In this document: in pieces, positions 23,829 through 52,260 of the stretch
Position numbering within the stretch: position 1 is the first letter of the stretch
How the letters are laid out: every line of letters starts with the position of its first letter
From: the human T2T-CHM13v2.0 reference genome, Homo sapiens
Direction: 5' to 3' (one strand)
Assembly (NCBI RefSeq): GCF_009914755.1
Contig: NC_060927.1
Length of the DNA: 64,000 nt
Position numbers and translations under genes: made by a program
The notes under the pieces: model-generated
The model's input: the letters and a program-made list of their open reading frames with translations, nothing else
What the model was told of the DNA's origin: nothing
Database searches by the model: none

Positions 23829-24788
23829 TAATATAGTTAGAACACAGGCCTATGTCCTGTTTATAATGTGGTATCTTATTGCCACAAAGAGTCTATTCTG
23901 TCAGCCTTATGATCTCTATTTTAACATTAATGCTGGTCAGTTGTGTCTAAACCATAAAAGGGAGGGGTATAATGAGATGTGGTTGACCTCCCATCTTGTC
24001 ATGGCCAGGAACTCAGTTTAAGGCTTTTCTGGGGTCCCCTTGGCCAAGAGAGGTTCTTTTCAGTCGGTGGGGGGCTTAGGATTTTATTTTTAGGTGACAA
24101 GGCTTTTCTTTGGGAACAATAGTATATCTAGTGGGATTATATTCAATTCCATGGAACAAACCCTGACCTTAAACAAGTAAGGGGGTTGCTCTTCTCGTGT
24201 AGTAAGACATCTGGAGCTAGGCACAGCTAGGTGGGTGCGGCTCCACCTTTATTGTGGGCTGTCCCAGAGTCTAAGACTACTGCTCCACCTCCAGCCTCAA
24301 GGCAACCTCACAGCAACCTCAAAGCAGGAAGGAAACAGGAGGCTGAGAAAAGGGGTAGTACCCGCAACAGGAAAGCAAAAACCTTCCCAGGACTTGCCAG
24401 CTGACGTCCTCCTATATCTCAATGGCCAGAATTGTGTCACGGGACCATTTCCTCCTACATCTCATTGGCCAGAACCATGTCATGTGATCACCCCTGCGAT
24501 GACCTCGCGAAAGTGGGCATCTTAGCTTGGCACATTGCCTCCCTGTACAAAATCTGGGTTCTCTTAGAAGTTAAGAAGGCGAGAATGGATTTGAGGAGGC
24601 AGTTAGCAGTGCCCCGTAAAGAACTGACGGATCAGGGATGTCGGGAGAGGAGAAGCCGCCTCGGAAGTACCACTGGACTCTGGATTTCTAGGAGCTCTGG
24701 GCACCACTGTTGATGCATTTTGCTACAAGGAGGCAGGGAAAGATAGTCTTTGTTCCACGAAGCTCTGGGCTTAGCTTCAGTTCTATTA

Positions 24789-25548
24789 CAGCCCCTTAAT
24801 GACAGGGATACATTCTGAGAAATGCGTCTTTAGGCAATTTCATTTTGTGAACATGGAGTGTACTTACACAAACTTAGATGGTATAGCCTACTACACACCT
24901 AAGTTATATGGTATAGCCTATTGCTTCTAGGCTGCAAACTTCCACAGCATGTGACTGTACTGAATACTGTAGGCAACTGTACTGAATACTGTAGACAACG
25001 GTAAGAATTTATGTCTCTAAACATAGAAGAGGCACAGTAAAAATACAATATAAAAGATAAAAACGGTATACCCGTATAGAGCACTTACCATGAATGGAGC
25101 TTGCAGGGCTGGAAGTTGCTGTGGGTGAGTGAATGAAAAGGCCTAGGATATTACTGTCCACTACCGCAGACTTTATAAACACTACATTTAGGCTACACTA
25201 ACAATAAGTTAATCTTGGCTTACTGTAACTTTTTTACTTTGTAAACTTTAAATTTTTTTTTAACTTTTTGACTCTTTTGTAATAATACGCCTTAAAACAC
25301 AAATACGTTTCAGCTGTACAAAAATATTTTCTTCTAATTCTATAAGCTTATTTTTCCCATTTTGAAAATGCATTTATTTACCTTTTAAACTTTTTTTCTT
25401 AAAAACAAAGGTGCAGGCCTACACAGGGTCAGTATCATCAAGATATCACTAGGTGATAGGAATTTGTCAGCTCCATTCTAACCTTGTGAGGCCACTGTTG
25501 TAGATGTGATCCATTGTTAACCAGAATGTCATTGCAGCACATGACTTT
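24789..25548 (+). mobile_element. Tigger3 family DNA transposon (internally deleted)
   Basis: GGGATACATTCTGAGAAATGCGTC...TACACAAACTTAGATGGTATAGCC; 3' TIR ...GCACATGACT. Confidence 0.85.
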
Positions 25549-25904
25549 ATTACAGAAGAAGGAAAGAATGGACAGTGGGGAGCAACCAAGGTCTCTGTCT
25601 GCCACAGTTCCTCCACCAGCCCGAGACAGAGTTCCCCTCAGGAGGAGTCTGGTATGCGGACCCATGTACACATCATCTCTAGACAGAGAGACTTCAGGGC
25701 AGTTGTTGACATCGGCTTAAGAAATGGTGGGAGAGTGGCAGGCACTTGGGGATGCTGAAAGTATTTGAAGATAAATCCAGCCTCCCAGATCCGCCTGGAG
25801 AGAGGCATTGACAGGGCAACCTGGCTGCTCAGAGCTACCCTATCCCAGCCTTGTCACTAGCAATATGTCTCTCCTTCCTGGGTCTCAGTCTCATTTTCCT
25901 CTTC

Positions 25905-28412
<2,508 letters not shown>

Positions 28413-28799
28413 TAGGACAGGGGCTGGGTCCTCAAGATGTGGCATGAGGAAGGGGGTCTCACTGAGCCCCCAGCGGCTCCCGCACTGCGCACCCCTGGCT
28501 GCGTCCCTCTGCCAGCCTCAACTCAGCCCTCTCCTAGCCGGCGGGGGGTGACAGTCTCTGTGATATCTTTCCGTCCCGCCGGCAGGCGGCGCCCTCCGGC
28601 CCTTGTTTCGTTGGGCCCGGACGGGACGTGCGCGCTCAAAGGTTGCCCGTCTCTGACGCCCGCATTTCCTGGTCTGGAGCCGGCTGAGCCACAGCAGGGT
28701 CGCCGCGGGGTCCCGGGGCCGTGCTCCCCTGCCCCTCCGGGGAGCGCGCGGGGCGGGGCGGGGCGGGGCGGGACCAGGCGGGCGAGCTGGGCCCTCGCC

Positions 28800-28882
28800 C
28801 CTCCCTCGGGCGGTCACCTGGGCACGGGCGCTGCAGGTGTCGGGGCCTCAACCTTGCGGAGCCGACAGCCATCGATCCTCGG
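28800..28882 (+). other. Candidate non-coding first exon (5' end approximate)
   Basis: Ends at a consensus donor CGG|GTGAGT (intron starts 28883) about 110 bp downstream of the GC boxes. Confidence 0.65.
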
Positions 28883-29311
28883 GTGAGTGCGGGCGCAGGT
28901 GGAGGGCGCCCGGCGCTCTCGCCACCGGCGTCCCAGCCTCGGGGCGGCGAACGGTCCCCGCGCCGCTCCCAGCCTCCCTGGCCGGGCGTTCAGCGCGTCT
29001 GGGAGGGGAAGGAATTTCCTTTGCAGGAACTCAGGGGCTGGGGGTTCTCTGCTACTTAAGAGATCCAGGAGTGGAGCCCGGACGCCCGAGCCTTCCTGCT
29101 TCGGGATGGGGATTACCGCGGAGCCTTAGCAACTGGGGTCTGTCGTGGGTTTGAGGGCAGGGGGTCTGGGGAATGGGCGTGTCCCGCACCCAGAGACTCG
29201 CCACCCTCTCTCCAGGGGAGATGCTTTTTAAACATGACAAACCCAGCAAGGTTATAGAAATGGGTGTATGCAACTCTTCGCTCTTTCCTGGCGCCCAGAG
29301 GTGAATAGTCT

Positions 29312-29344
29312 CACACACACGCGCGCGCGCGCGCGTGCGTGCAT
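29312..29344. repeat. (CA)n(CG)n alternating purine-pyrimidine tract, Z-DNA prone
   Basis: CACACACACGCGCGCGCGCGCGCGTGCGTGCAT. Confidence 0.85.
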
Positions 29345-29581
29345 TCATTGGGGCCGACTTTGCCTCCCCTCCCCTGGCCTCGAGCGTTGGGGACGGCGCC
29401 CCCGCCCGCGCCCGCCACTGGGATTAAGCCCCAGGGCCTTGCCCGGCTATTTGTTTTCCGAGGCCGTTGCGTCCGGGTAGGTTCCTGGATGACCATCCTG
29501 GCTGGCTCAAAATTCCCTCTAGATTACCTGCGACCACCCCCAGGAACCCGGAGACTGAAACTCCTTTTCTCACCTGCGCAG

Positions 29582-29710
29582 GTGGCCTCGAGGTGGTGGC
29601 AGGGCCGCCCCCTGCAGTCCGGAGACGAACGCACGGACCGGGCCTCCGGAGGCAGGTTCGGCTGGAAGGAACCGCTCTCGCTTCGTCCTACACTTGCGCA
29701 AATGTCTCCG
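29582..29710 (+). other. Candidate second or alternative 5' exon
   Basis: Acceptor CTCCTTTTCTCACCTGCGCAG| (AG 29580-29581); donor CCG|GTAAGG at 29711; ATG at 29702. Confidence 0.5.
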
Positions 29711-30092
29711 GTAAGGGGAAGTGTTGCTTAAATCCCAGAGATAACCCCCACCGAGAAGCATCACAAAAGACATGAACGAGTGTTTAGCTCTCAGGATTGT
29801 TATTGCTTCGAGTGAAATGGTTTCTTGTGTGCTTTTGTGCATTTATATATAAATATAAACATATATGTATACATTTGACAAGCTCTAAGACCGGCACTTG
29901 TGATATCTCCAGAATAGAGTTATTATAGTTATTTGGAAATTGTCAGTGAGGATCAGCTTGGTTGCTATGCGAATTGCAGGGAGGAGGACCTGTGTGCAGT
30001 TTCAAAACGATTTAAGAGAAATTCGGTGGCAATACAAGGTGTGGACGTTGGTTGGATCCTGATTTGATGAATGTTTTTTAAAATGGAGATGA

Positions 30093-30394
30093 TGCCCGAG
30101 TGCGGTGGCTCACACCTGTAATCCCAGCACTTTGGGAGGCCGAGGTGGGTGGATCACCTGAGGTCAGGGGTTCGAGACCAGCCTGGCCAACATGGTGAAA
30201 CCCTTCTCTACTAAAAATACAAAAATTAGCTGGGTGTGGTGACACGCGCCTGTAATCCCGGCTACTCGGGAAGGCTGAGGTAGGAGAATCGCTTGAACCC
30301 GGGAGGCGGAGGTTGCAGTAAGCCGAGATGGCGCCACTGCACTCCAGCCTGGGAGGCAGAGCGAGACTCCGTCTCAAAATAAATAAATAAATAA
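30093..30394 (+). mobile_element. Alu (AluSx-type)
   Basis: Full Alu, (AAAT)n tail, TSD GGAGA(T/C)GATG. Confidence 0.93.
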
Positions 30395-30641
30395 GGAGAC
30401 GATGAAGGACATTTCTACTGATTATTTGATGGTATCAAGGAAATTATAATAGTTCTGTTTAGTTACTTTTGGTAACGGTATCCTGATTAAGGTTTTTAAA
30501 ATCCCTGTAGAGACACAGACTGAAGTTGAAATACAGCTTTGGGATTTGCTTCAGAATTATTCAGTTTTAGATGCTAGCAGAGAAGGGAGGGGAACAAGAT
30601 GAGAGGAGATTGTTCATGGATTGTTAATAGTTGAAGCTGGA

Positions 30642-30866
30642 AAGAACACATGGACACAGGCAGGGGAACTTCAGGCACGGGGGCCTGTCGGAGGGTGGGG
30701 GGAAAGGGGAGGGAGAGCACTAGGACAAATACCTAATGCATGCAGGGCTTAAAACCTAGATGACGGGTTGATAGGTGCAGCAAAACACCATGGCACATGT
30801 ATACCTATTAACAAACCTGCACATTCAGCACCTGTATCCCAGAACTTAAAGTAAAACAAAAATAAA
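30642..30866 (+). mobile_element. 5'-truncated L1PA 3' end
   Basis: GAACACATGGACACAGG...CCCAGAACTTAAAGTA plus A tail; 16-bp TSD AATAGTTGAAGCTGGA (30626, 30867). Confidence 0.92.
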
Positions 30867-31874
30867 AATAGTTGAAGCTGGATGATGGTTATGGAAGTCC
30901 TTATGCTATTGTTTCAGTATTTGTGTGTGTTTGGCATTTTCCTTTAAACAGAACACCACCACTTGTGGAGCTTTTTTGCATAAGGTAGGTTTGGCACTGC
31001 AGCCGAGTCTAGATGCAAGGTCTTCCGCAGACGCTCGTTCTTTGTAAATTGGGTGTCAAGGCTGCTTCTCCAGACTCGGTCATAAAAAGTTTTTTTCTCC
31101 CTACTGGAGGTGCCGATTTATTTTGCTCAGAAGGCAGAGGGTGTTTGCTGAGTGTGACAAAGCTGAGCGGATCAAGTTGATGCAGGTGGAGGCTAGGTCA
31201 GCTTTTTTTACACAAAGGGCATTAGCAAGCCTGGGGGTTGATTGCCTCCGGTCGGGCGGATTGTATAAAACGTGTTAGCAGTTTTTCCTAATTGCCCAAA
31301 TCCCTTCCAAGTTGTGTTCATCAAAAAACAGAGTTTGCAGTAGTGAACACACGTGTCGGTATGCACTTAGGATTTATGTACACTTCTGAAAGCATTGCAT
31401 GCCTCAGTAAAAAGTGTATATGATGAAAACAAAGCACAAGATGAGTAGAGGGCTGCTTATTGCTTGAGAGAGAGCTTAGCTGTGTTGTGTTGCCTATTTC
31501 ATCTTTATCTTGTTTGCTTCAGCGATCATGACATGTAAATATTTAGCAAAGCACTGACTCCTAAAAGTTCTGCATGGTGGTAACACATTTTTTTTAAGAA
31601 TCATGCTTGAAAGAGGGTAAGGAAGGAGTAATAGCTATATCTTCATCAGGCTTGCTCCAGATTTCTTTTCTCCAGATTTAGCCTATAATTCCTACTCATT
31701 CTGTCATGCTTGGTCAGTACTTTGGAATAGTGATTCTGAGAGGGAGCTGTTGAAGTTAGTAGAGGGAGGAAGGGGAGGTATATTTCCAAAAGGTAAATCC
31801 ACATTTTTTAGTCGCTTCAGTATAACTGAATGTAATGCCTTTTGATTTAAAGATAAAACAAGTCAAAGAGATGA

Positions 31875-36298
<4,424 letters not shown>

Positions 36299-38244
36299 AG
36301 AAGTGAGTTCAGAGGCTGACATGTTTTGTGAATGCCAGACCAGCGGCTTGATGGGATCCTTTCTGGAGAACTCTGCGATTCAGGTTTGTGGCTGTGTGCT
36401 CCCTCAGGTGATGATTAACCCCCTTGTCAAGGAAGAGTGGGTTAATTGGTTATTAGCCAGAGCAAACAGGGAGAGGCCAAGCAGTCTTGAGTATGGACTC
36501 AGCCAGATCCCTGGGTTTCATTTCTGGTTCTTCCACCACCTGTGTGACCTTGACTCATTTTTTAAAACCTCTTTGTACCTCAGTTTCCCCTATGTAAGCT
36601 AGAAGTAATAATAATACCTACATCATAGGGCGGTGAGGATTCAGTGGCACGTCAAGTGCTTGTAACAGTGCCTGGCATGGAGTAGGATGGATTGTGAGTT
36701 AGCTATTATTATTGTTGTTGTTAGAGCCCTGCTTCCTTTACTTTCACTTTTACTGGGGAGAATTTCCCCCACATAATGTTAGAAGAAAGACCACAGGGAA
36801 GAAATGCATCTGAGCTCTGACCTCTGTTCGTGGAGTGAGCCATGGGCTGCCCATCTGGGTTCCCACATGGCCTTAGGGAAATGTTCTCCATGACAAATGC
36901 TAACAGGGTGTTTGGTGCAGCAGCAGCTTTGGAATTGATGAGAACTGGGCCACAACTTGTGACTTTGAGCCAGGGCTTTGGCTTTGTTGTTCGGGGATTA
37001 AAATCTCCACTGACTGTGGAAAGGAGTTGGAATCCCCTAGCATTCATGTGGATACAAACTCCAACCCCTTATGAGAGAGCGGGCTAGTGTTAGCTGGGAC
37101 ACAGGAGTCCCAGCCTCAGCTATGCCACCGCCTGGCAGGGGTTTAAGGCCAGGTCTTCTGGGCAGCCAGTGCCTCTTCTGTCACCTGGGGATAAGCATAT
37201 CTAATAGGAATGTTGTGAGGGGCTAACAACATTTTATGAAATCCTGACACAGACACAGCAAAGTACAATGCCTGACTTGCCCCTTAGTAGTAAAATCATA
37301 GAACAGATACATTGAGAGGCTTACTTTTTAACTTGGAAAAGTAATATAGATGCTGTTAACTAATGTTTATTTAATATTTTATAGTTCCTAAAAGGGCTAT
37401 CTGGTTTGATCTTTAAACTAGCAATGCAGGTTTCTGTTTGTTTACATTTGTTTCGATTGCCTTTGGCTGCCTGTTTCAGGAGAGGAGGTACAGAAGTGAA
37501 CCCAGGTTCAGGCCAGAAATGAGAACATGGAATGGCCTTCATTTTACTGTATCAGAGAGGTAACATGAGTTCTTATTCTTTATGCCCTTAAGTAATTCTG
37601 AGGAGGAAGCACTTTAGAGATTGATAGCTAAGGTGTTGCTGGGAAGCTGAAAGCATCCATGGTGTCCAGGGAAGCTGAATGGAGGGCCAGTGATTCCCCT
37701 CCAAGCAGCAGGGCAGAGGTCTCCCCTGTCGACAGCCCTTGCCTGGTCCCCTTCAGCAGGGGGCAGTGGGAGGAAGAGAGGCAGTAGGCTTTGGATTCTC
37801 CCTCCTGCCCCAGGTGCAGACCCAAAGCTTCAGAGTCCATCCTACCTTCACCTAACCCTTCGTCCTTCTCCTGCACTCCAGCCAGGTGTTTCAGTGTGTA
37901 GTCTGTACCTGCCACACCCTCACCGCATCCCCCCAAGCCTGCACTGTCCTGTTCACCGCAAGGTTTTCTCTTCTTCCTATGGCCTCAGCTACTTTCCATT
38001 GCTGCCCTTGCCTCCTGATCCTGCCTGCCTTCAACTTTACTGTATTCTGAAAGGTTTAAAGGGAAAAGTCTTTTATGACCCACAATCCAAGGATCTGAAG
38101 GCATTGACATTTGGGTATATTTCCTTTTTATTTTGTTTTACTTTGTTTTTTTATAAATTTAAAAAATTTTAACATTTTATAAACAATTCATTTTATGTTA
38201 GAATTTTAACATAGTTGCTATACTTTGATTAAAATTTATCATTA

Positions 38245-39095
<851 letters not shown>

Positions 39096-39479
39096 TTTTA
39101 AATAAAAAATCATTGTATTCCCCTATGTCTTTATAAATGTTTTTAATGACTGCATGCTATTTTAGGCTTTTTTAGCCATTCTTTTAAAATATTAGAGAAC
39201 TAAGTTGTTGCTCATTTTTTGATGTTGTACATCATTCCAATTTGAATGCACATAAACCTTGGATCCCATTTCACATTATTTGAGATGGATTCCTGTAAAA
39301 ATAAGTACGGAGTCAAAGGTTTTCAACATTGGAAAGTTTTCTTTCTTATCACAAAAGCAACAGATTTGTATTGTGGAAGATACAGGACAGTGTAAAAAGT
39401 AAACATGTACCTCTATTCTCACCAACCAGTTGCTGTTTGTGTCGCCGGGTTCTCCCCCTCCAGGACAAATGTCCTCTTC

Positions 39480-39625
39480 AGGCTTGCTCCATGCGTGGCC
39501 TGTCGGCTGGCAGCATGGCATCACCTGGGAGCTTGTTAGAAATGCAAAAGCTCAGGCCTGCCCCAGACATTGAATCAGAATCTGTCTTTTAACAAGATCT
39601 ATATTCAAGTTTCGGAAGTCTTAGT
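39480..39625. mobile_element. MER5A hAT MITE
   Basis: GCATCACCTGGGAGCTTGTTAGAAATGCA...GAATCAGAATCTG...TTTTAACAAGATC. Confidence 0.75.
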
Positions 39626-40735
39626 CCCTGAGGCCACCACCTTACCAGTCACGGTGGGCTGGCATTAATTACCTCTGATCTGTGAATATACGTACATTTT
39701 TCCTATTTCCCTGATACTGGGATGTACCACTGTGTCTACCACTGGTTTGCACCCTCCTGTCTCCCTTAACGTAAGACCGTGTAAGGACAAGAGCAGGCTC
39801 CCCTCAGTAACACCGGTTCAGGGATCAGCAGGATCTCATCTCATCCCCCTATGAGAAGCCCTGCTACACACAGCTTTATCTTGTATCTGTCATTTAACAT
39901 TATATCGTCAGCATTTTCCTGTTATTTAGTTTTTCTCTCAAGTTTATCTTTCATGGCTGCAGGTGGTAATCCATCTTATGACTGTCTGATAATTCATTTG
40001 ACTCATTCCCTATTGTTAGACATTAAGTTGTTTTGATTCTTTTGGGGACTGGGGAGGGTATACTGTGGGCTATTATAAGTATGCCAAAGTGAACTGCTTC
40101 CGCAGTAATTATTTCCCTCAACCCAGATTATTTCCTTATGACAAGTTACCAGAGTGCAGACACTGGGTCAAAAGGCATGAACGTTTTAAACCCTCCTTAA
40201 AATGCCGCAGGAGTATACAAAGTGCCCTGACATGGTGCCCTCCCAGACACTGGGTAGTGTGGTCTGTAGACAGACTCCAGGGAGCAGGGTCATGCCTCAT
40301 TCGCATCACGCCTCCAGGGCTGGTGTAGAGCCAACTCTGAGGGTCACTCTAAGGGGACCTGGGGGAATGGAAAGGAAGTGACGGAAGGATGGGCAAGCTG
40401 CCTGTGGTGGTGGTGCTCCTTTCCTCCTGGCCTGAGTCCTGAGTCACAGTAGATGTCACTGACCAGGCAGCAGCCTTCCTCAGGGTGTGTCCACAAAGTT
40501 TAGCCTTTCCTCCCGGCACCCGTCTTCCAGTGGCTTGGGAGCTGGAGCAGGTGGTGGAGGCCTGAAATGACTACTTGGTGAGTCTGGAATGTGCCGGACC
40601 TGATTGCTGCCAAGCTTGTTTTTGCTTCACGAGTCTGAGACTGTTGGGTTCTCTAATACTTTTTTCCTCTCACCAGCAGACCAGGAACCTGATATTAAGT
40701 AAACTTTATTCTAAAAGGTACACTCAGACAATTCC

Positions 40736-41270
<535 letters not shown>

Positions 41271-41279
41271 CTCTGCCAG

Positions 41280-44550
<3,271 letters not shown>

Positions 44551-45124
44551 ATATATTTATTTTTCATCTGTTGGCACTTTCTCTTCACCTCAAATTAGGG
44601 AAAAGACCACAGTTACCCATTTTGGTTTTTTGTTTTTTTTTTTAATTACTCAGCTTTAACACTTGAATATCTTGGCATTTGTGCATGGAATATTAGTTCA
44701 GGAACATGATTTAGACAATTTGAATCAGACAATTTCCATAAAATATTTTATAAACTAAAAAGCAGCGTTTGTGTGTGTGTGTGTGTATGTGTGTGTAGAG
44801 TTATTTGGCTTGAGAGCCCTGCCTGCCCAACAAACTTATCTTAAACTCTCATCATTATTAGTCTCATGCTTAAAAAAAAAAAAGTATCATTTAAGTGAAG
44901 ACTTCAGGCAGTTGAGGGAGCAAGCTACATGAGTATAAGAAAGAAGACCATCCCAGGCAGAATGGTCTTCTGAAGCACAAGTTCAAAGGCCCTGAGGTCC
45001 CAGAGGTATCCAGAAAACTGTCTCTTCAAAATTGCTTTTGCCTGACATTGAAGCAGACAGCAGGGGCTAAGAAAACATCACCACCTTCTGGCAGAATAGA
45101 AGGACTGAGCTGCTCAGGTCAAAT

Positions 45125-46603
<1,479 letters not shown>

Positions 46604-46989
46604 TTAAAAACTCTTTTTAAACCTCTTCTGTGAGCATGTTTGCTAAGCGGTCAGCCCATAAGTATCTGAACAACTGTTCTTATAATCCTTTGTTGCTCTT
46701 ATTAATCCCATTCCCATATTGTTGATTTTTTTTAAGATATATTTTCTATTTGTTGATGTTGTTCTTAAAACTCAGTACCTGAATGACTAGTACAAGGTAT
46801 GCAACTCCTTTCTCTTTAATTCTGAACCTTATACTTGTATTACTTATCTGTTCCCACCAAAATGATGACGAGGTGAATATATGTGTAGAATTTGCAGTCA
46901 ATAAAATACAGTCACATTGTAAGGGAAGTTTATGTGAAAATATACATCACCAGAATACTAATTTACAAGCAAACATAAGGCATTGAGTA

Positions 46990-47735
46990 AAAATTCATGG
47001 TAGCTTTATAGAAAAATGAATTGTGTCAGTGTAACCTGATTTGTTTTCAAGAACATTTTACGGATCTGGAGGAAGCAGGGGACATAATCTTAACTTTCTC
47101 ATGCTATTGATTTCATTATGAATGACATAATCAATAACAGCCCGGGGAAACAGGTTAGCTCACATGATACCACAGTTAGACGGTGGGAAGGTAACACAGA
47201 GACATTATCAAGGATATGGTTCCAGTGTGGGATAAGTCATCATTTAACCTTTTAGAGGTCAGTCCGGGAACCATTCTGTTTAATCAGTTTTAATCCATAA
47301 CTGGTGGCATATTAGTGTATATGTTTGTATGCGAGAAATACTAGAAACAGAAGTCAAAATAACCTGCATTAATGGGGTACCGTATTTATAAAATACTGGA
47401 CAGAATCACGTGAAGGCTAATTAATTTTGTAAGTAAGAGGTTCAAATTGGAGAATGATTGGCACTGTGCCTATTTTTGGCAGAAAAAGCCTATGGGCCAT
47501 GGTGAATCACAAGGTAGTTGAACCATCACAGTAACTATAATGTGGGTATATGCAGAATACCACATTTCATACATCAGTGCTCTAGTTAATACTTGTATGA
47601 GACTGAAAGTAGGCAAATGATACAGTGAAGTCATTTCATAACTGGCAATACCAAGACTTCTCAGAACTATGTTTAGCTTGAGTGCATACTATGTAAAGAG
47701 GGCCTTACAAAATGTATACCGGAGCCACAGGAGAG
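46990..47735 (+). mobile_element. Ancient CR1/L3 LINE remnant
   Basis: Degenerate translations resembling CR1 RT motifs (C..NLI.F....TDL...DII..., EK..G..V.HK). Confidence 0.45.
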
Positions 47736-47970
47736 CAAAACAATTATTTAAGTGATGACATCTGGTCAAGATGGCACAGGAGTTCAGGCTCCAAACACCT
47801 AGCAAAGGTAGTTATAATATAAAAAGGGTAACCAAATAAGTATAGTTGGGCTATAGTCATTCTAGTTACCTAGAATGTAAGTTGAAATACAAAGGGGTAA
47901 GCAGGCTCAAGCTGCAGGCCTCTCCAGCAGGGGCAACCAGAAACTCAGGTTTTTTAGAATAAGGGGATAT

Positions 47971-48102
47971 AGCTTTGTGCAGTGGCCATTTCATAGCCAG
48001 TGAAGTTTATCTGAGGCACTTGCTAATTGAAAACTTTTCTCAATACCCTGCCATGATGAAATATGGTTGGCACTGGCAATTTTTGAGACTCTATGGAGAC
48101 TG
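47971..48102 (+). pseudogene. U4 snRNA retropseudogene (RNU4-P family)
   Basis: AGCTTTGTGCAGTGGC...TGCTAATTGAAAACTTTTCTCAATACCC...GGCACTGGCAATTTTTGA...GGAGACTG is colinear with U4; A-rich tail ~48108-48137; degenerate TSD; no PSE recognised. Confidence 0.93.
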
Positions 48103-49279
48103 AACTTAAAATTAAAAACAAATTAAAAAAAGAAAAGATAGGGATGTAAAAGTATCCACATGAGCTGATACCAAGGAGTTGGAGCCAGGCTCCAGGGAAT
48201 GTAAATTGGGAGAATAACTAAGTTTCTTCCATACCTCTAAGAAACATTGGCAACACTGAAATCAGAGACTGCAGTGCCCTCCCTCCCAAACCTAAGAAGG
48301 AAGGCTGGAAAAGATGGCTTACCTGGAAGGAATGGGCTTCTGGAAGTTTCAGAGACAAAGACACAGCTTCAGAACCAGAAGCTGAGCCATGCTGCTTTCT
48401 TGGCCCAGGGCCTGGATCCGCAGTATCGCTGATACCACAACTGAGCAGGAACACCAAGTGGCATTTTGAGACCTGGTTTGGAAGAAGTCCTGAGAGGCCA
48501 GGTGGAGGGACTGAAAGCTGCCTGGGAAGGGAGAGAGGAGGGAAAGATACAGCAATCGAAAACTCCTACTGAAAGTAAGCTTGCAAAGCAAAACTTTAAA
48601 ATACATGAAGACATAGATATGGAGTTCAAAATTTGTTCAAGCAAGACACGAATTTACTAAAAGTGAAATTAGCAGTTGGAATTCCTGGAAATGACAATAA
48701 AGTAAGTATGTTTAGAATTCTTACGATGAATGAAGTCTTGCAGTAGATAAAAATTATGAAGTAGAAGCAAGGGGGAGGGATAGGAAAAAGAACCAGTTAG
48801 AACAGTTTTGTATTAAGTCAAGTGGGCTAAAATGCTTTAAAAAGACCAAAAATGCAATGGATCAAATCCAGTACGAGCTTACTTCTCTCGTGTAGCAGGC
48901 CTGGGTGGGTATTTCAGGCCACTGGGTGGCTGTACCCTCAGGGACCCAGCTGACGGCACCCATATGGGTTTCAGAATTGCCCTGCTTTCCCACAGGAAGT
49001 GGGTGGGTGGGGAATAAGCTAGGCCAGAAATGGTCTTCCTCATGTCTGCTCACGCCCCACCGGCCATACCTAACTGCTGGGGAGCCTGGGAAACAGGTCA
49101 GCCACGTGCCTGGGAAAAAGAAGGGAAGATAAAATGGAGAATAAGTTTCTGCCATACCTCTAAGAAACAGTGGTTACATTGACAACAGATTTCTCATCAG
49201 CAATAGAATTGAAAACACAAGAGAGTATTATCTTCAACTTAGAATTCAATACTAGTTAAACCGTCATTCAAAAATGATG

Positions 49280-52260
<2,981 letters not shown>

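Noticed and set aside
29010-29019. AGGAATTTCC as an NF-kB site
   Set aside because: It mismatches the GGGRNWYYCC consensus at the first G, and a single short motif is weak evidence.
28437-29842. Overlapping Pro/Arg/Gly-rich ORFs of up to 149 aa on both strands
   Set aside because: Expected from stop-codon scarcity in a CpG island; no recognisable domain.
37690-38172. 160-aa ORF in unique sequence
   Set aside because: It begins at GTG rather than ATG, has low-information composition, and shows no homology or splice context that I can recognise.
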